DNA of 18,379 nucleotides from Bacillota bacterium (lineage in GTDB: Bacteria; Bacillota; Clostridia; TANB77; CAG-508): NCBI GenBank assembly GCA_963930325.1, contig CAWVME010000124.1, positions 1-18,379 on the forward strand, read 5' to 3'. Of this stretch, positions 1-8,603 are shown piece after piece. Both the position numbers and the translations under genes were made by a program. The notes beneath the pieces are model-generated. The model saw only the letters and a program-made list of their open reading frames with translations, did no database searches and was not told the origin of the DNA. Within the stretch, counting starts at the first letter, position 1. Every line of letters starts with the position of its first letter.

Positions 1-5
1 ATTTT

Positions 6-28
6 TATAAATCCTTATTTTATAAGGG
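6..28 (-). terminator. Possible weak intrinsic terminator just after the secA stop
   Basis: In minus sense the sequence is TAA-AACCCTTATAAAATAAGGATTTAT. It has a 6-bp stem CCTTAT/ATAAGG (27..22 pairing with 18..13) with a 3-nt loop, followed by AUUUAU. The stem is short and the site is at the window edge. Confidence 0.25.
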
Positions 29-30
29 TT

Positions 31-2802
31 TTACGCATTTTTACCACAACAGTTTTTGTACTTTTTGCCACTTCCACATGGACATGGATCGTTTCTTCCT
101 ACTTTGGGTCCATTATTTACAATTGGCGTTTTAGATTCTGTTTCTACATTATTGGCTTTATCACTACCTGTTGTTTTAGGAACTCCCTGTAATTTTTCTG
201 TCATAATTTTTACTGTTTGTGTTCTTTTTATTTCTTTTGGTTTTTGTACATTCATAAGTAATTTAACCACGTCTTGTTTTACATCTTCTACCATTTGGTC
301 AAACATGTCAAATCCTTCAATTCTATATAAAGCAACTGGATCTTTTTGTCCATATGCTCGAAGTCCAATTCCATCTTTCAATTCATCCATGTTGTCAATG
401 TGATCCATCCATTTTTGATCTACTACTCTTAGCATAATAACTCTTTCGAGTTCTCTTATTTCTTGCTCTCCAATTTCTTTTTCTTTTTCTGCATATTTTG
501 CAAAAGCTTTTTCTTGTAATTCTTCTATTATTTTTTCTGGCATTACATGTTCTGATTTTAATGTTTCTAAATTTTCTATTCCGAAAATCATACGAATCTC
601 ATTTAGTAGTCCTTTTTGATTTAGATGTTCTTTCTTTTCTACTCCTGCTGTATAACTATTAACTATGCTAGTAGCTACAGAAGAAATCATATTCATAATG
701 TTTTCTTTTAAGTTTTCTCCGTTTAATACTTGACGTCTTTGAGCATATATAATTTCTCTTTGTGTATTCATAACATCATCATATTGCAATACATGTTTTC
801 TCATGCTAAAGTGTCTACCTTCTACTCTTTTCTGCGCATTTTCTACAGCACTTGAAAGGATTTTTAATTCAATTGGTATATTTTCATCTGCATTTAAAGA
901 TTCATATACTCTAGTTGCAATATCTCCTCCAAAGATTTTCATTAGGTCATCGTCTAATCCAATATAAAATCTAGATTCTCCTATATCTCCCTGACGTCCA
1001 CTACGCCCACGTAACTGGTTGTCAATTCTCCTAGACTCATGCCTTTCTGTACCAATAATCTTTAATCCTCCTGCCTCAATTACCTTTTTCTTCTCTTCTT
1101 GGATTGTTTGTTCGTATTTTTCTTCTAATTCTCTAAATTTTCCTCTTGCTGCTAATACTTCCTCATCTTGTGTTTCATTAAATGTTGAAGCTTTTCCAAT
1201 CAAATCATCTGAATATCCTAATTTTTTCATTTCTTGTTTTGCTAGGAATTCACTGTTTCCACCAAGCATAATGTCTGTACCACGTCCTGCCATATTTGTA
1301 GCAATAGTAACTGCACCATATTTACCAGCTTGAGCAATGATTTCAGCTTCTTTTTCATGGTATTTTGCATTTAATACAGTATGAGGAATTCCCTCTTTTT
1401 TCAAAATATTACTTAATTTTTCAGATTTTTCGATGGAAATTGTTCCCACAAGAACTGGCTGTCCTTTTGCATGACTTTTTTTAATGTCTTCTACAATTGC
1501 CCTAAATTTAGCATTTTCATTTTTGTAAATAATGTCATTATTGTCTACACGGATTACTGGTTTGTTAGTAGGAATTTCAATAACATCTAAATTATAAATT
1601 TCTCTAAATTCATTTTCCTCTGTTTTGGCAGTACCTGTCATTCCTGCTAATTTTTTATACATTCTAAAGTAATTTTGGAAAGTAATCGTAGCTAAAGTTT
1701 TAGATTCATTTGCAATTTTTACATGTTCTTTTGCTTCAATGGCTTGGTGTAATCCATTGTTATATCTTCTTCCATACATAATTCTTCCTGTGAATTCGTC
1801 AACGATAAGTACTTCTCCATCTTTTAGAATATAATCTGTGTCTTTTTTCATAATCCCATGTGCACGTAGTGCCTGATTAATATGATGCACAATCTCTGAA
1901 TTATCTAGATCATTTAAATTATCTAATTTGAAATATTCTTCTGCTTTTTTTATTCCTTTTCCCGTAAGACTAGCAGATTTTGCTTTCAAATCTATAATAT
2001 AGTCATAGTTTTCATTATCTTGTGTTTGTTCATAGTTCTTTATGTCTTCTTCTACTAATGTTTTAGCTTTTAGTCTTCTTACAAACTCATCTGCTTTTTT
2101 ATATAAATCTGAAGATTCATTTGCACTTCCTGAAATAATTAAAGGAGTACGTGCTTCATCTATTAAAATACTATCAATCTCATCAACAATAGCATAGTGA
2201 AGTTCTCTTTGAACCATTTGTTCTTTGTAAATAACCATATTGTCTCTTAGATAGTCAAAACCATATTCATTATTGGTTCCATAAGTTATGTCTGCGTTAT
2301 AGGCCAATTTCTTATCTTCTGGATTCATTCTACTTAACACAAGTCCTACTGATAAGCCTAGAAACTTATAAAGTTTTCCCATCCATTCTCCTTGCATTTT
2401 TGCTAGGTAATCGTTAACAGTAACTAAATGAACACCTTTTCCTTCTAAGGCATTTAAATATAAAGGAAATGTAGCGGTTAAGGTTTTTCCTTCTCCTGTT
2501 TTCATTTCTGCAATTCTTCCTTGGTGTAATACAATTGCTCCTAGTAATTGTACATCAAAAGCTCTTTGTCCAAGTACTCTTACACCAGCTTCTCTAACCG
2601 TTGCAAAGGCTTCTGGTAGCAATTGATCTAAAGTTTCTCCTTGACCTAAACGTTCTTTGAATTCTGCTGTTTTAGCTTGTAATTGTGCATCAGACAAATT
2701 CTTCATCTCTGGCTCTAAGCTGTTTATTTTTTCCACTAAAGGTTTAATTCTTTTTATTTCTCTTTCGCTATAATCTCCAAATATTTTATTAAGTAATCCC
2801 AT
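31..2802 (-). CDS. secA: Preprotein translocase ATPase SecA
   Basis: The translation shows full-length SecA hallmarks: the DEAD-like motor ([38 protein letters not shown]) and a C-terminal zinc finger [14 protein letters not shown]. The longest ORF starts at 2814 (MEGFMG...). That first ATG sits inside ATGGAGGGTTTTATG, so its GGAGGG serves as the Shine-Dalgarno (SD) for the ATG at 2802, giving MGLLNKIFG, a typical SecA N-terminus. Confidence 0.95.
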   Translation of the reverse strand: MGLLNKIFGDYSEREIKRIKPLVEKINSLEPEMKNLSDAQLQAKTAEFKERLGQGETLDQLLPEAFATVREAGVRVLGQRAFDVQLLGAIVLHQGRIAEMKTGEGKTLTATFPLYLNALEGKGVHLVTVNDYLAKMQGEWMGKLYKFLGLSVGLVLSRMNPEDKKLAYNADITYGTNNEYGFDYLRDNMVIYKEQMVQRELHYAIVDEIDSILIDEARTPLIISGSANESSDLYKKADEFVRRLKAKTLVEEDIKNYEQTQDNENYDYIIDLKAKSASLTGKGIKKAEEYFKLDNLNDLDNSEIVHHINQALRAHGIMKKDTDYILKDGEVLIVDEFTGRIMYGRRYNNGLHQAIEAKEHVKIANESKTLATITFQNYFRMYKKLAGMTGTAKTEENEFREIYNLDVIEIPTNKPVIRVDNNDIIYKNENAKFRAIVEDIKKSHAKGQPVLVGTISIEKSEKLSNILKKEGIPHTVLNAKYHEKEAEIIAQAGKYGAVTIATNMAGRGTDIMLGGNSEFLAKQEMKKLGYSDDLIGKASTFNETQDEEVLAARGKFRELEEKYEQTIQEEKKKVIEAGGLKIIGTERHESRRIDNQLRGRSGRQGDIGESRFYIGLDDDLMKIFGGDIATRVYESLNADENIPIELKILSSAVENAQKRVEGRHFSMRKHVLQYDDVMNTQREIIYAQRRQVLNGENLKENIMNMISSVATSIVNSYTAGVEKKEHLNQKGLLNEIRMIFGIENLETLKSEHVMPEKIIEELQEKAFAKYAEKEKEIGEQEIRELERVIMLRVVDQKWMDHIDNMDELKDGIGLRAYGQKDPVALYRIEGFDMFDQMVEDVKQDVVKLLMNVQKPKEIKRTQTVKIMTEKLQGVPKTTGSDKANNVETESKTPIVNNGPKVGRNDPCPCGSGKKYKNCCGKNA

Positions 2803-2985
2803 AAAACCCTCCATTTAAGCAATTTAATTGTTCATTAAAAGATACTTAAGCTAATTATTCTAATCTTTATAACTATATCATTATTTTTTGTACAAATCAA
2901 GCATATTTACACATTTACATCATAGACTGTAAAAAGAAAAGGAACATTTTATTTTTAGTAATCGCTTCCTTAAGGAGGAAAAAAT

Positions 2986-3531
2986 ATGTTTATTTGTAAT
3001 ATAAAAGTAAATGGCAGTAGAGTTTTTAAAATTTTTGTACTGGTTATAGCTATTTTAGTTGCTTTTTTATTTGTATTTATTACTTGGAAAATTTTTCATG
3101 AAAGCCATTTTGAAAAAGTAAATGATAAATTAAATCTGCCTTCTATAACTCAAATCACTGCAGATAATTATACAGATATATTAAAAGCCGTTCATGAAAA
3201 CTTAGACAATTATATTGGTCAAAAAATTTGTTTTAGTGGTTACATTTACCGTGCTATTGATTTTACAGAAGAAGAATTTGTTTTAGCAAGAGATATGATT
3301 GTAAGTTCTAACTCTGAAACTTTAATTGTTGGATTTCTATGTCATTCAGATAAGGTTTCTAATATTCCTAATAATGCATGGGTAGAAATTACTGGTACTA
3401 TAAAAAAGGGAACATATCATTCTGAAATTCCTATAATTTATGTTACAGAATTAAAACAAATAGAAAAGCCATCAGATGAATTTGTTTATCCTCCAGATGA
3501 CTCCTATATTCCTACTTCAGTACTATTTTAA
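2986..3531 (+). CDS. Single-pass membrane protein with a DUF1980 / YcgQ-family (TIGR03943-like) C-terminal domain
   Basis: A strong RBS AAGGAGG lies 9 nt upstream of the ATG. There is an N-terminal TM helix (FKIFVLVIAILVAFLFVFITW). The C-terminal pattern ITADNYTDIL...GQKICFSGYIYR..DF..EEFVLAR....WVEITGTI...IPIIYV....IEKPSDEFVYP matches my recollection of the YcgQ C-terminal domain. The family's CC-x-ADA motif position reads SSNSET here. This is the only plus-strand gene in the window. Confidence 0.6.
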   Translation: MFICNIKVNGSRVFKIFVLVIAILVAFLFVFITWKIFHESHFEKVNDKLNLPSITQITADNYTDILKAVHENLDNYIGQKICFSGYIYRAIDFTEEEFVLARDMIVSSNSETLIVGFLCHSDKVSNIPNNAWVEITGTIKKGTYHSEIPIIYVTELKQIEKPSDEFVYPPDDSYIPTSVLF

Positions 3532-3546
3532 TTATATTTATGAAGA

Positions 3547-3589
3547 TTTTGTTGAATAGGGAAGATTACTTTTTCCTATTCAACAAAAA
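3547..3589. repeat. Palindromic intergenic repeat, copy 1
   Basis: Sequence TTTTGTTGAATAGGGAAGATTACTTTTTCCTATTCAACAAAAA. It has a perfect 14-bp stem TTTTGTTGAATAGG/CCTATTCAACAAAA. Arms and loop resemble the copies at 10484, 11304 and 15846. Confidence 0.6.
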
Positions 3590-3616
3590 GAGGAACAGCA
3601 ATGTTCCTCTTTTTTC
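3587..3616. terminator. Bidirectional rho-independent terminator between the convergent genes
   Basis: Stem AAAGAGGAAC (3587-3596) pairs with GTTCCTCTTT (3603-3612) around the loop AGCAAT. A T-run follows on the plus strand (CTCTTTTTTCTT) and also on the minus strand (CTCTTTTTGTTG). It sits between the stop at 3531 (+) and the stop at 3628 (-). Confidence 0.8.
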
Positions 3617-3627
3617 TTCCTACTTGA

Positions 3628-4239
3628 TTATATTATTTCATAGATAGACACTTCAAAAGTCTCCACTATATAAGCTTTATTGTTTATCTCTTTAGAATAG
3701 TTCCTACTTTGTAGTCTTCCCCACAAAATAACGTTATCACCTCGTACCAACTTTTTCGTATAATCTGCACCTCTTCCCCAAGCAATACACGGGATAGCAG
3801 AACTTTGATTGTGATTTCTTTTTACGCAAACAAGCAATTCTGTTATTTTCTTTCCAAATGGAGTATACCTGAAAACCACGTCTTTGCAAAGGTCCCCTCT
3901 TAAGTTGACGTAGTTTTCATCTGGTTCACTTTCCGTGCAAATTCTAATGGATTCTGCAAGTACATATAATATTGAATGTACCTGCCTATCTCCTCCTTCT
4001 TCTTTCCTAGAACGTAGTTTTCCTTTCACCTCTATCTTCTTGCCAATCAGTGAGTTAATGTCATATTTTTTAGATATGACATCTTCTGGTATTATTACCC
4101 AGATATGGTCTTCCACATCACTCTTCCGTGCAATATATACCATTGCACGATACATATTTCGGCTTTTGATTTTAAAGGATTGCGTGATTTCTTTCAGAGT
4201 ACCGATAATCATAGCATTGCATTCTTCCTGTTGAAACAT
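3628..4239 (-). CDS. Tandem OB-fold single-stranded-DNA-binding-like protein lacking an acidic C-terminal tail
   Basis: RBS AAGGAGG lies 7 nt upstream of the ATG. The C-terminal half (NYVNLRGDLCKDVVFRYTPFGKKITELLVCVKRN....IPCIAWGRGADYTKKLVRGDNVILWGRLQSRNY....AYIVETFEV) follows the bacterial SSB OB-fold pattern (L.G.L..DP..RYTP.G......WG..A......KG..V.V.GRLQ.R.Y). The N-terminal half (IIGTLKEI....YRAMVYIARKSDVEDHIWVIIPEDV...GKKIEVKGKLRS) looks like a second, more divergent OB fold. The protein ends ...VSIYEII with no D/E-rich tip. Confidence 0.6.
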   Translation of the reverse strand: MFQQEECNAMIIGTLKEITQSFKIKSRNMYRAMVYIARKSDVEDHIWVIIPEDVISKKYDINSLIGKKIEVKGKLRSRKEEGGDRQVHSILYVLAESIRICTESEPDENYVNLRGDLCKDVVFRYTPFGKKITELLVCVKRNHNQSSAIPCIAWGRGADYTKKLVRGDNVILWGRLQSRNYSKEINNKAYIVETFEVSIYEII

Positions 4240-4370
4240 TGGTATTCCTCCTTATCGTTATTCTTGGCACATATTCTCAAGTAGAAAGATTTTCTAAATA
4301 TGCTTTCATAAATATATGATAAGCAAAATCTAGAAATGCTCATTGAGATATGTACAAAAACTGTACTCCT

Positions 4371-4399
4371 ATTTTATCACGATTCATTGCATTTGTAAA
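4371..4399 (-). promoter_or_regulatory. Candidate sigma-A promoter for the SSB-like gene
   Basis: In minus sense the elements are TTTACA (4399..4394), a 17-nt spacer, and TAAAAT (4376..4371), preceded by TGa as an extended -10. The -35 hexamer belongs to a direct repeat GTTTACAAA N4 GTTTACAAA. This would give a leader of about 125 nt to the ATG at 4239. Pattern match only. Confidence 0.4.
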
Positions 4400-4441
4400 C
4401 TATTTTTGTAAACCAATGACAGGTTTAACAAATTCAAGGTT

Positions 4442-5539
4442 TTATTTTCTATCAAAAATAGTTTTTACAACTCCTTTATCTATTAAAGAACCAAATATGT
4501 TCTTAAATATAATTAGTAGAATTGGCCCTAGTAATAAACCAATCACTCCTATAAATTTAAATCCTGTATACATGGCAATCAATGTAAAAATTGGATGAAT
4601 TCCTATGTTTTTACTAACTATTTTAGGTTCCATTAGTTGCCTTACAATAGATATGATAGCAAGCAATGCTAAAAGTGCAATAGCAAGTTTTATATCACCA
4701 TTAATAGCTACTATTACAGCCCATGGAACTAGCACTGTACCTGATCCAAGAATAGGTAATGCATCTACAAACCCTATAGCTAGAGCCGCTATTAATGGAT
4801 AATTTACGTTAAATCCTAGAAAAGATAAAGCAAATAGTCCGATCAAAGTAATCACAAAAGAAATAAGAACTAATGTTAATTCTGCTTTTAAATAACAACC
4901 AAGTTCAATTAGAATTTCCTTGGTATGCAAAGAAAACTTTTTAACCCATGTTTTAGGGAAATGGTGTTCTACTTGGTCTAGCATATAAATTCTATCAATA
5001 CATACAAAATACGTTGCCATTAATGTAATTCCTACATAAATTCCTATTGCAGGTAAAGAAGTTACTATCTGTAACATTGAAGTCAAAAACTCTTTTACTT
5101 TTTCCGTAATAAATCCCAAAAATTCAAGCGCAGAATTTTGCAATGCTTCTGCTACTTGATCTGAAATCTGTATTTTATCAAATTCAATAGCTTCTATAAT
5201 ATATTGTATTTGTGTATAGGCCTTTTCAAAATAGGTGTTTAAACTTTGCAATAAATTAGATCCTTCTGAAATAAGACTAGTAATTCCCCATACAATTAGT
5301 CCAACAATAATTAAAGATGCTACAATCATTATTAAAATAGCACTCTTTTTCCTTCCAAGTTTTGTCTTTCTCATTAGTTTTCTAATAATTGGCTCTAATA
5401 CAGCAGCAATTAAAAACGCTATAACAAATGGCATGTAAAATATAGCTAGTTTAAAAGCAAAATACATTCCGATAATAGTTCCAATAAAAATAGCAATCCT
5501 TTTTAAAACTTTTGTCCAGTAGCCCATATCTACAACCAT
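4442..5539 (-). CDS. ytvI: AI-2E/PerM-family integral membrane protein, YtvI-like (sporulation integral membrane protein subfamily)
   Basis: The protein is polytopic and hydrophobic. Its N-terminus resembles YtvI (...FYMPFVIAFLIAAVLEPIIRKL...). The C-terminal part has AI-2E-type motifs (ALAIGFVDALPILGSG, GIHPIFTLIAMYTG). RBS GGAGAG lies upstream. Confidence 0.7.
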   Translation of the reverse strand: MVVDMGYWTKVLKRIAIFIGTIIGMYFAFKLAIFYMPFVIAFLIAAVLEPIIRKLMRKTKLGRKKSAILIMIVASLIIVGLIVWGITSLISEGSNLLQSLNTYFEKAYTQIQYIIEAIEFDKIQISDQVAEALQNSALEFLGFITEKVKEFLTSMLQIVTSLPAIGIYVGITLMATYFVCIDRIYMLDQVEHHFPKTWVKKFSLHTKEILIELGCYLKAELTLVLISFVITLIGLFALSFLGFNVNYPLIAALAIGFVDALPILGSGTVLVPWAVIVAINGDIKLAIALLALLAIISIVRQLMEPKIVSKNIGIHPIFTLIAMYTGFKFIGVIGLLLGPILLIIFKNIFGSLIDKGVVKTIFDRK

Positions 5540-5560
5540 TTGAAACTCTCCTTTTTTAAT

Positions 5561-7216
5561 TTAAAAAATTCCTATTATATTTCCATCATAATCTAGGTCT
5601 ATCATCTCTGCAGCTGGTGTTTTTGGTAAACCTGGCATAGTAAAAATATTTCCTGTTAAAACAACAACGAATTCTGCCCCTGCTTTTAAAATTACATCTT
5701 TAATATGAATTGTAAACGGTTCTTTGCATTCTAAGTTGTGTGCATCATCTGAAAGAGAATATTGTGTTTTAGCAATGCAAACTGGTAAATTTGTGTATCC
5801 CATATTTTCTATTTTTTTTATTTTTTCTAAACTTTCATTAGTATATTCTACTCCTACAGCACCATAAATTTTAGTAGCCACTTTTTCTATTTTTTCTATA
5901 ATACTGTCCTCTGATAGATAAGCATAATGCATATCGCTTTCTTTTTCTGCTAGTTTAGCTACTTCTTCTGCTAATTCTATGGCTCCATTCCCGCCATTTT
6001 CCCATACTTCTGCTAATGAAATAGGAATATTTTTTTCTTTCATAGTGCTAATAAGCATTTCTATTTCTTCTTTTGTGTCTTGTTTGTATCGGTTAATTGC
6101 TACAATAGTATTTAGTCCAAATACTTCCTTTAAGTTTTGCACATGTTTTAATAAATTTTCTATTCCTACTTTTAATGCTTCTACATTCGGAATAGACACC
6201 TCTTCTTTATTTACTCCGCCATGATATTTGAGTGCTTTTATAGTCGCTACGCAAACTGCTACATCAGGTTTTATACATGCTATTCTTGACTTAATGTCTA
6301 TAAATTTTTCAGCTCCCAAATCTGCCCCAAATCCAGCTTCTGTAATTACATAATCTCCTAATCTCAATGCCATATTAGTTGCTACTATACTGTTACATCC
6401 ATGCGCAATGTTTGCAAATGGTCCTCCATGAATAATAGCAGGTGTGTGTTCTAAGGTTTGTACTAAATTGGGTTTAAAAGCTTCTTTTAAAAGAGCAAGC
6501 ATAGCACCATCTGCTTTTAAATCTTTTGCCGTTATAGGTTCATCACTCTCATTATACCCGATTATAATATTTCCTAATCGCCTTTTTAAATCTTTTAAGT
6601 CTTTACTTAAGCAAAATATTGCCATAATTTCTGAAGCAACTGATATATCAAATCCGTCTTTTCTTGGTGACGTTTTTTTATCATTTAATCCGATTTCTAC
6701 GCATCTAAGTGCTCTATCGTTCATATCTAAGCATCTTTTCCATGTTACTTCTTTGATTTTCAATTCATTTCCATGGTATATGTGATTATCAATAAGTGCA
6801 GACAATAAATTATTTGCAGCAGTAATTGCATGAATATCTCCCGTAAAATGCAAATTAATTTCATCCATTGGAGCTACTTGGGCATATCCTCCACCAGTAG
6901 CTCCTCCTTTAATTCCAAAAACTGGACCTAATGATGGTTCTCTTAATGCTAATATGGATTTTTTACCTATTTTTCTCAAACCATCTGCCAATCCAATGGC
7001 AATTGTAGTTTTTCCTTCTCCTAATGGTGTAGGATTAATTGATGTAATAAGTACCAGTTTCCCTTTTGTTTTATTTTCTAAACTCTTTACGTCGATGTTT
7101 CCTATTTTTGCTTTATATTTTCCATAAGGTTCTATTGCTTCAGAAATTCCTAGTGATGTTGCTATTTCGTTTATATTTTTTAGTGGAATTCTTTTAGCAA
7201 TTTCTACATCTGTCAT
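5561..7216 (-). CDS. fhs: Formate--tetrahydrofolate ligase
   Basis: Diagnostic motifs are present: TPLGEGKTT, EPSLGPVFGIKGGATGGGYAQV, HGGPFANIAHGCNS, AKTQYSLSDD. The longest ORF (to 7312) would overlap the upstream gene. The ATG at 7216 (MTDVEIAK...) is preceded by GGAGG within ATGGAGGTTTTTATG, so I call 7216 as the start. Confidence 0.93.
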   Translation of the reverse strand: MTDVEIAKRIPLKNINEIATSLGISEAIEPYGKYKAKIGNIDVKSLENKTKGKLVLITSINPTPLGEGKTTIAIGLADGLRKIGKKSILALREPSLGPVFGIKGGATGGGYAQVAPMDEINLHFTGDIHAITAANNLLSALIDNHIYHGNELKIKEVTWKRCLDMNDRALRCVEIGLNDKKTSPRKDGFDISVASEIMAIFCLSKDLKDLKRRLGNIIIGYNESDEPITAKDLKADGAMLALLKEAFKPNLVQTLEHTPAIIHGGPFANIAHGCNSIVATNMALRLGDYVITEAGFGADLGAEKFIDIKSRIACIKPDVAVCVATIKALKYHGGVNKEEVSIPNVEALKVGIENLLKHVQNLKEVFGLNTIVAINRYKQDTKEEIEMLISTMKEKNIPISLAEVWENGGNGAIELAEEVAKLAEKESDMHYAYLSEDSIIEKIEKVATKIYGAVGVEYTNESLEKIKKIENMGYTNLPVCIAKTQYSLSDDAHNLECKEPFTIHIKDVILKAGAEFVVVLTGNIFTMPGLPKTPAAEMIDLDYDGNIIGIF

Positions 7217-7289
7217 AAAAACCTCCATTCGAGCAATTTTATGCTCTAACAAAATTCTTAATAAAAACCCATGATAATATTTTTTATAT

Positions 7290-7730
7290 TTATAGTAAAG
7301 CTCCTGCGACAATTCCTATAACTGCCCCAACAATAACTTGCTTTGGAGTATGTCCTAAAACTTCTACTAATTTTTCTTGCACTTCTTCTACTTTTAATCC
7401 TGGTGTTTCTATAATTTTATTTAATAGTTTAGCTTGCTTACCTGCTGCTCTTCTTACTCCGGCTGCATCATACATAACTACAAAAGCAAATATAAGTGTA
7501 AGTGCAAATAAAGGCGTATCCCAGCCTTCATTTTTTCCAACTAGAGTAGCCAATCCTGCTACTACAGCAGAATGAGAGCTTGGCATACCACCTGCTCCTA
7601 AAATTCTTTTAAAATTAAATTTTTTAGTTGTTACTAAATCATATATTACTTTAAATAATTGAATAAAAAACCATAATCCAAAAGGTATATATATGTATTT
7701 ATTTTGAACTATACTTATTAAAATTTGCAT
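7290..7730 (-). CDS. Divergent PAP2-family membrane protein (DUF212 / YuiD-like)
   Basis: Characteristic motifs are GGMPSSHSA, YDAAGVRRAAGKQA and LGHTP.QV..G in a protein of about 146 aa with multiple TM segments. Confidence 0.8.
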   Translation of the reverse strand: MQILISIVQNKYIYIPFGLWFFIQLFKVIYDLVTTKKFNFKRILGAGGMPSSHSAVVAGLATLVGKNEGWDTPLFALTLIFAFVVMYDAAGVRRAAGKQAKLLNKIIETPGLKVEEVQEKLVEVLGHTPKQVIVGAVIGIVAGALL

Positions 7731-7758
7731 GTTTTTTCAATCCCCTTTTTGCTTTTCA

Positions 7759-8040
7759 CTATTCAGCTGTAAATCCTTTTTCTGTCAATTCTCCATCTTG
7801 CTCTATTAATATTGTTATTTTCTTTTCTGCATTTTCTAATATTTTGCTAGCATTTTTTGCTAGCTTCATTCCTCTTTCAAATTTGTTCACAGCCTCGTCT
7901 AAGTTGTCATTCCCTTTTTCTAATTCCTCTGTTATTGTCTCCAATTCTTTCATAATTTCTTCAAAATTTTCTGTTTTATTTTCTTCCATATTTTTATCGT
8001 TAGAATGTTCTAACTGCCCCTTTCTTGTTATTTTTTCCAT
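7759..8040 (-). CDS. xseB: Exodeoxyribonuclease VII small subunit
   Basis: The helical-hairpin signature FEEIMKELETITEELEKGNDNLDEAVNKFERGMKLAKNASKILENAEKKI is typical of XseB. The start is uncertain. The ATG at 8040 lies 10 nt after the upstream stop with no SD, and the alternative ATG at 7989 (MEENKTENFEE) also lacks a nearby SD. Confidence 0.85.
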   Translation of the reverse strand: MEKITRKGQLEHSNDKNMEENKTENFEEIMKELETITEELEKGNDNLDEAVNKFERGMKLAKNASKILENAEKKITILIEQDGELTEKGFTAE

Positions 8041-8050
8041 AAAATATATT

Positions 8051-8563
8051 TTATCTTTTTACTGTAAATGTCCCATCCTGTACATTAACATAGTACCAAC
8101 ATCTTATATATGTGGTTTCCTTATCACGAATTCCTACAATATAATAACCAGTTGAACTTTCTATTCCATCAAAACTAGCATACACAGAATCATCTTCTCC
8201 CCAGTTATTTTGTGCAATGGCAATTGCTTTTTGCTCTGGATTGCTTATATTTACTTCTTCTGATGGCTGATTAGATGTTGTATTTGTATCAGTGCTAGTG
8301 TTTGTATTTGTAATGTTATTTTCTTCTTCTGTATTATTTACAGTATTATTAGTTTCATTTATCTCATCTATCCCGTTTATCAAGTCATTTGTAGTATTAT
8401 TTATGTCCTGATCAGCTTGCATATTTTGCGTTTCATTTGTTGTCTGATTGTTGTTTTCGCTTTTTTCTTCTATTTTTTTATTAACTTCACCTAGTAAATA
8501 TATTGGTAATAAAATTACTATTATAACAATAATAAAAATAATAATTTTAGTTTTTCGCTTCAT
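8051..8563 (-). CDS. Membrane-anchored or secreted protein with an Asn/Thr-rich low-complexity linker and a small C-terminal globular domain
   Basis: It has its own RBS (AAAGGAGTAAAAATG). The N-terminal signal anchor is MKRKTKIIIFIIVIIVILLPIYLL. A stretch of about 80 aa is N/T/E-rich (NNTVNNTEEENNITNTNTSTDTNTTSN). The C-terminus EQKAIAIAQNNWGEDD...GYYIVGIRD...WYYVNVQDGTFTV is reminiscent of PepSY-like small beta domains. No family is confidently recognised. Confidence 0.55.
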   Translation of the reverse strand: MKRKTKIIIFIIVIIVILLPIYLLGEVNKKIEEKSENNNQTTNETQNMQADQDINNTTNDLINGIDEINETNNTVNNTEEENNITNTNTSTDTNTTSNQPSEEVNISNPEQKAIAIAQNNWGEDDSVYASFDGIESSTGYYIVGIRDKETTYIRCWYYVNVQDGTFTVKR

Positions 8564-8603
8564 GTTTTACTCCTTTCGTTAACTCCAATTATTTATAAAA
8601 CAA

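Noticed and set aside
56-403. Plus-strand ORFs antisense to minus-strand genes: 56-403, 1019-1333, 3935-4234, 4350-4598, 4605-4802, 5235-5438, 5979-6224, 6444-6785, 7844-8155, 9124-9459, 11014-11256, 13759-13953, 14124-14312, 14678-14938, 15237-15587 and 16070-16255.
   Set aside because: All lie fully inside, or largely overlap, well-supported genes on the opposite strand. Their translations are low-complexity (F/S/I/L-rich), as expected from antisense AT-rich coding DNA. None has a convincing RBS.
2815-2985. Divergent secA and DUF1980 intergenic region, scanned for promoters and leader structures.
   Set aside because: Several TTTACA and TAAAAA-like hexamers occur, but none has a convincing -35/-10 pair with 16-18 nt spacing, and no stable structure was seen. 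No call was made.
3931-4130. Two further TTCCGTG (CACGGAA) heptamers inside the SSB-like ORF, considered as additional hidden frameshift or error sites.
   Set aside because: The ORF is continuous and yields sensible OB-fold sequence through both sites. Removing a base at either would destroy the frame. They are kept only as a control for the priA and fmt observation.
4355-4372. Small palindrome TGTACAAAAACTGTAC upstream of the SSB-like gene, considered as a LexA/SOS box.
   Set aside because: It does not match the Firmicute LexA consensus (GAAC-N4-GTTC), and the 5-bp arms are too short to be meaningful alone.
7217-7312. A 32-codon N-terminal extension of fhs (MSQELYYKYKKYY...) overlapping the 3' end of the DUF212 gene.
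   Set aside because: The extension has no SD and no similarity to Fhs N-termini, and it overlaps the upstream gene. The internal ATG at 7216 has a GGAGG SD and yields the canonical N-terminus. The same reasoning applies to the 4-codon secA extension (2803-2814) and the 13-codon asp23 extension (11826-11864).
8270-8420. Repetitive-looking DNA (TTGTATTTGTA-like units) in the N/T-rich ORF, considered as a tandem repeat or phase-variable tract.
   Set aside because: It is only imperfect low-complexity sequence reflecting Asn/Thr codons. There is no exact tandem unit or long homopolymer.
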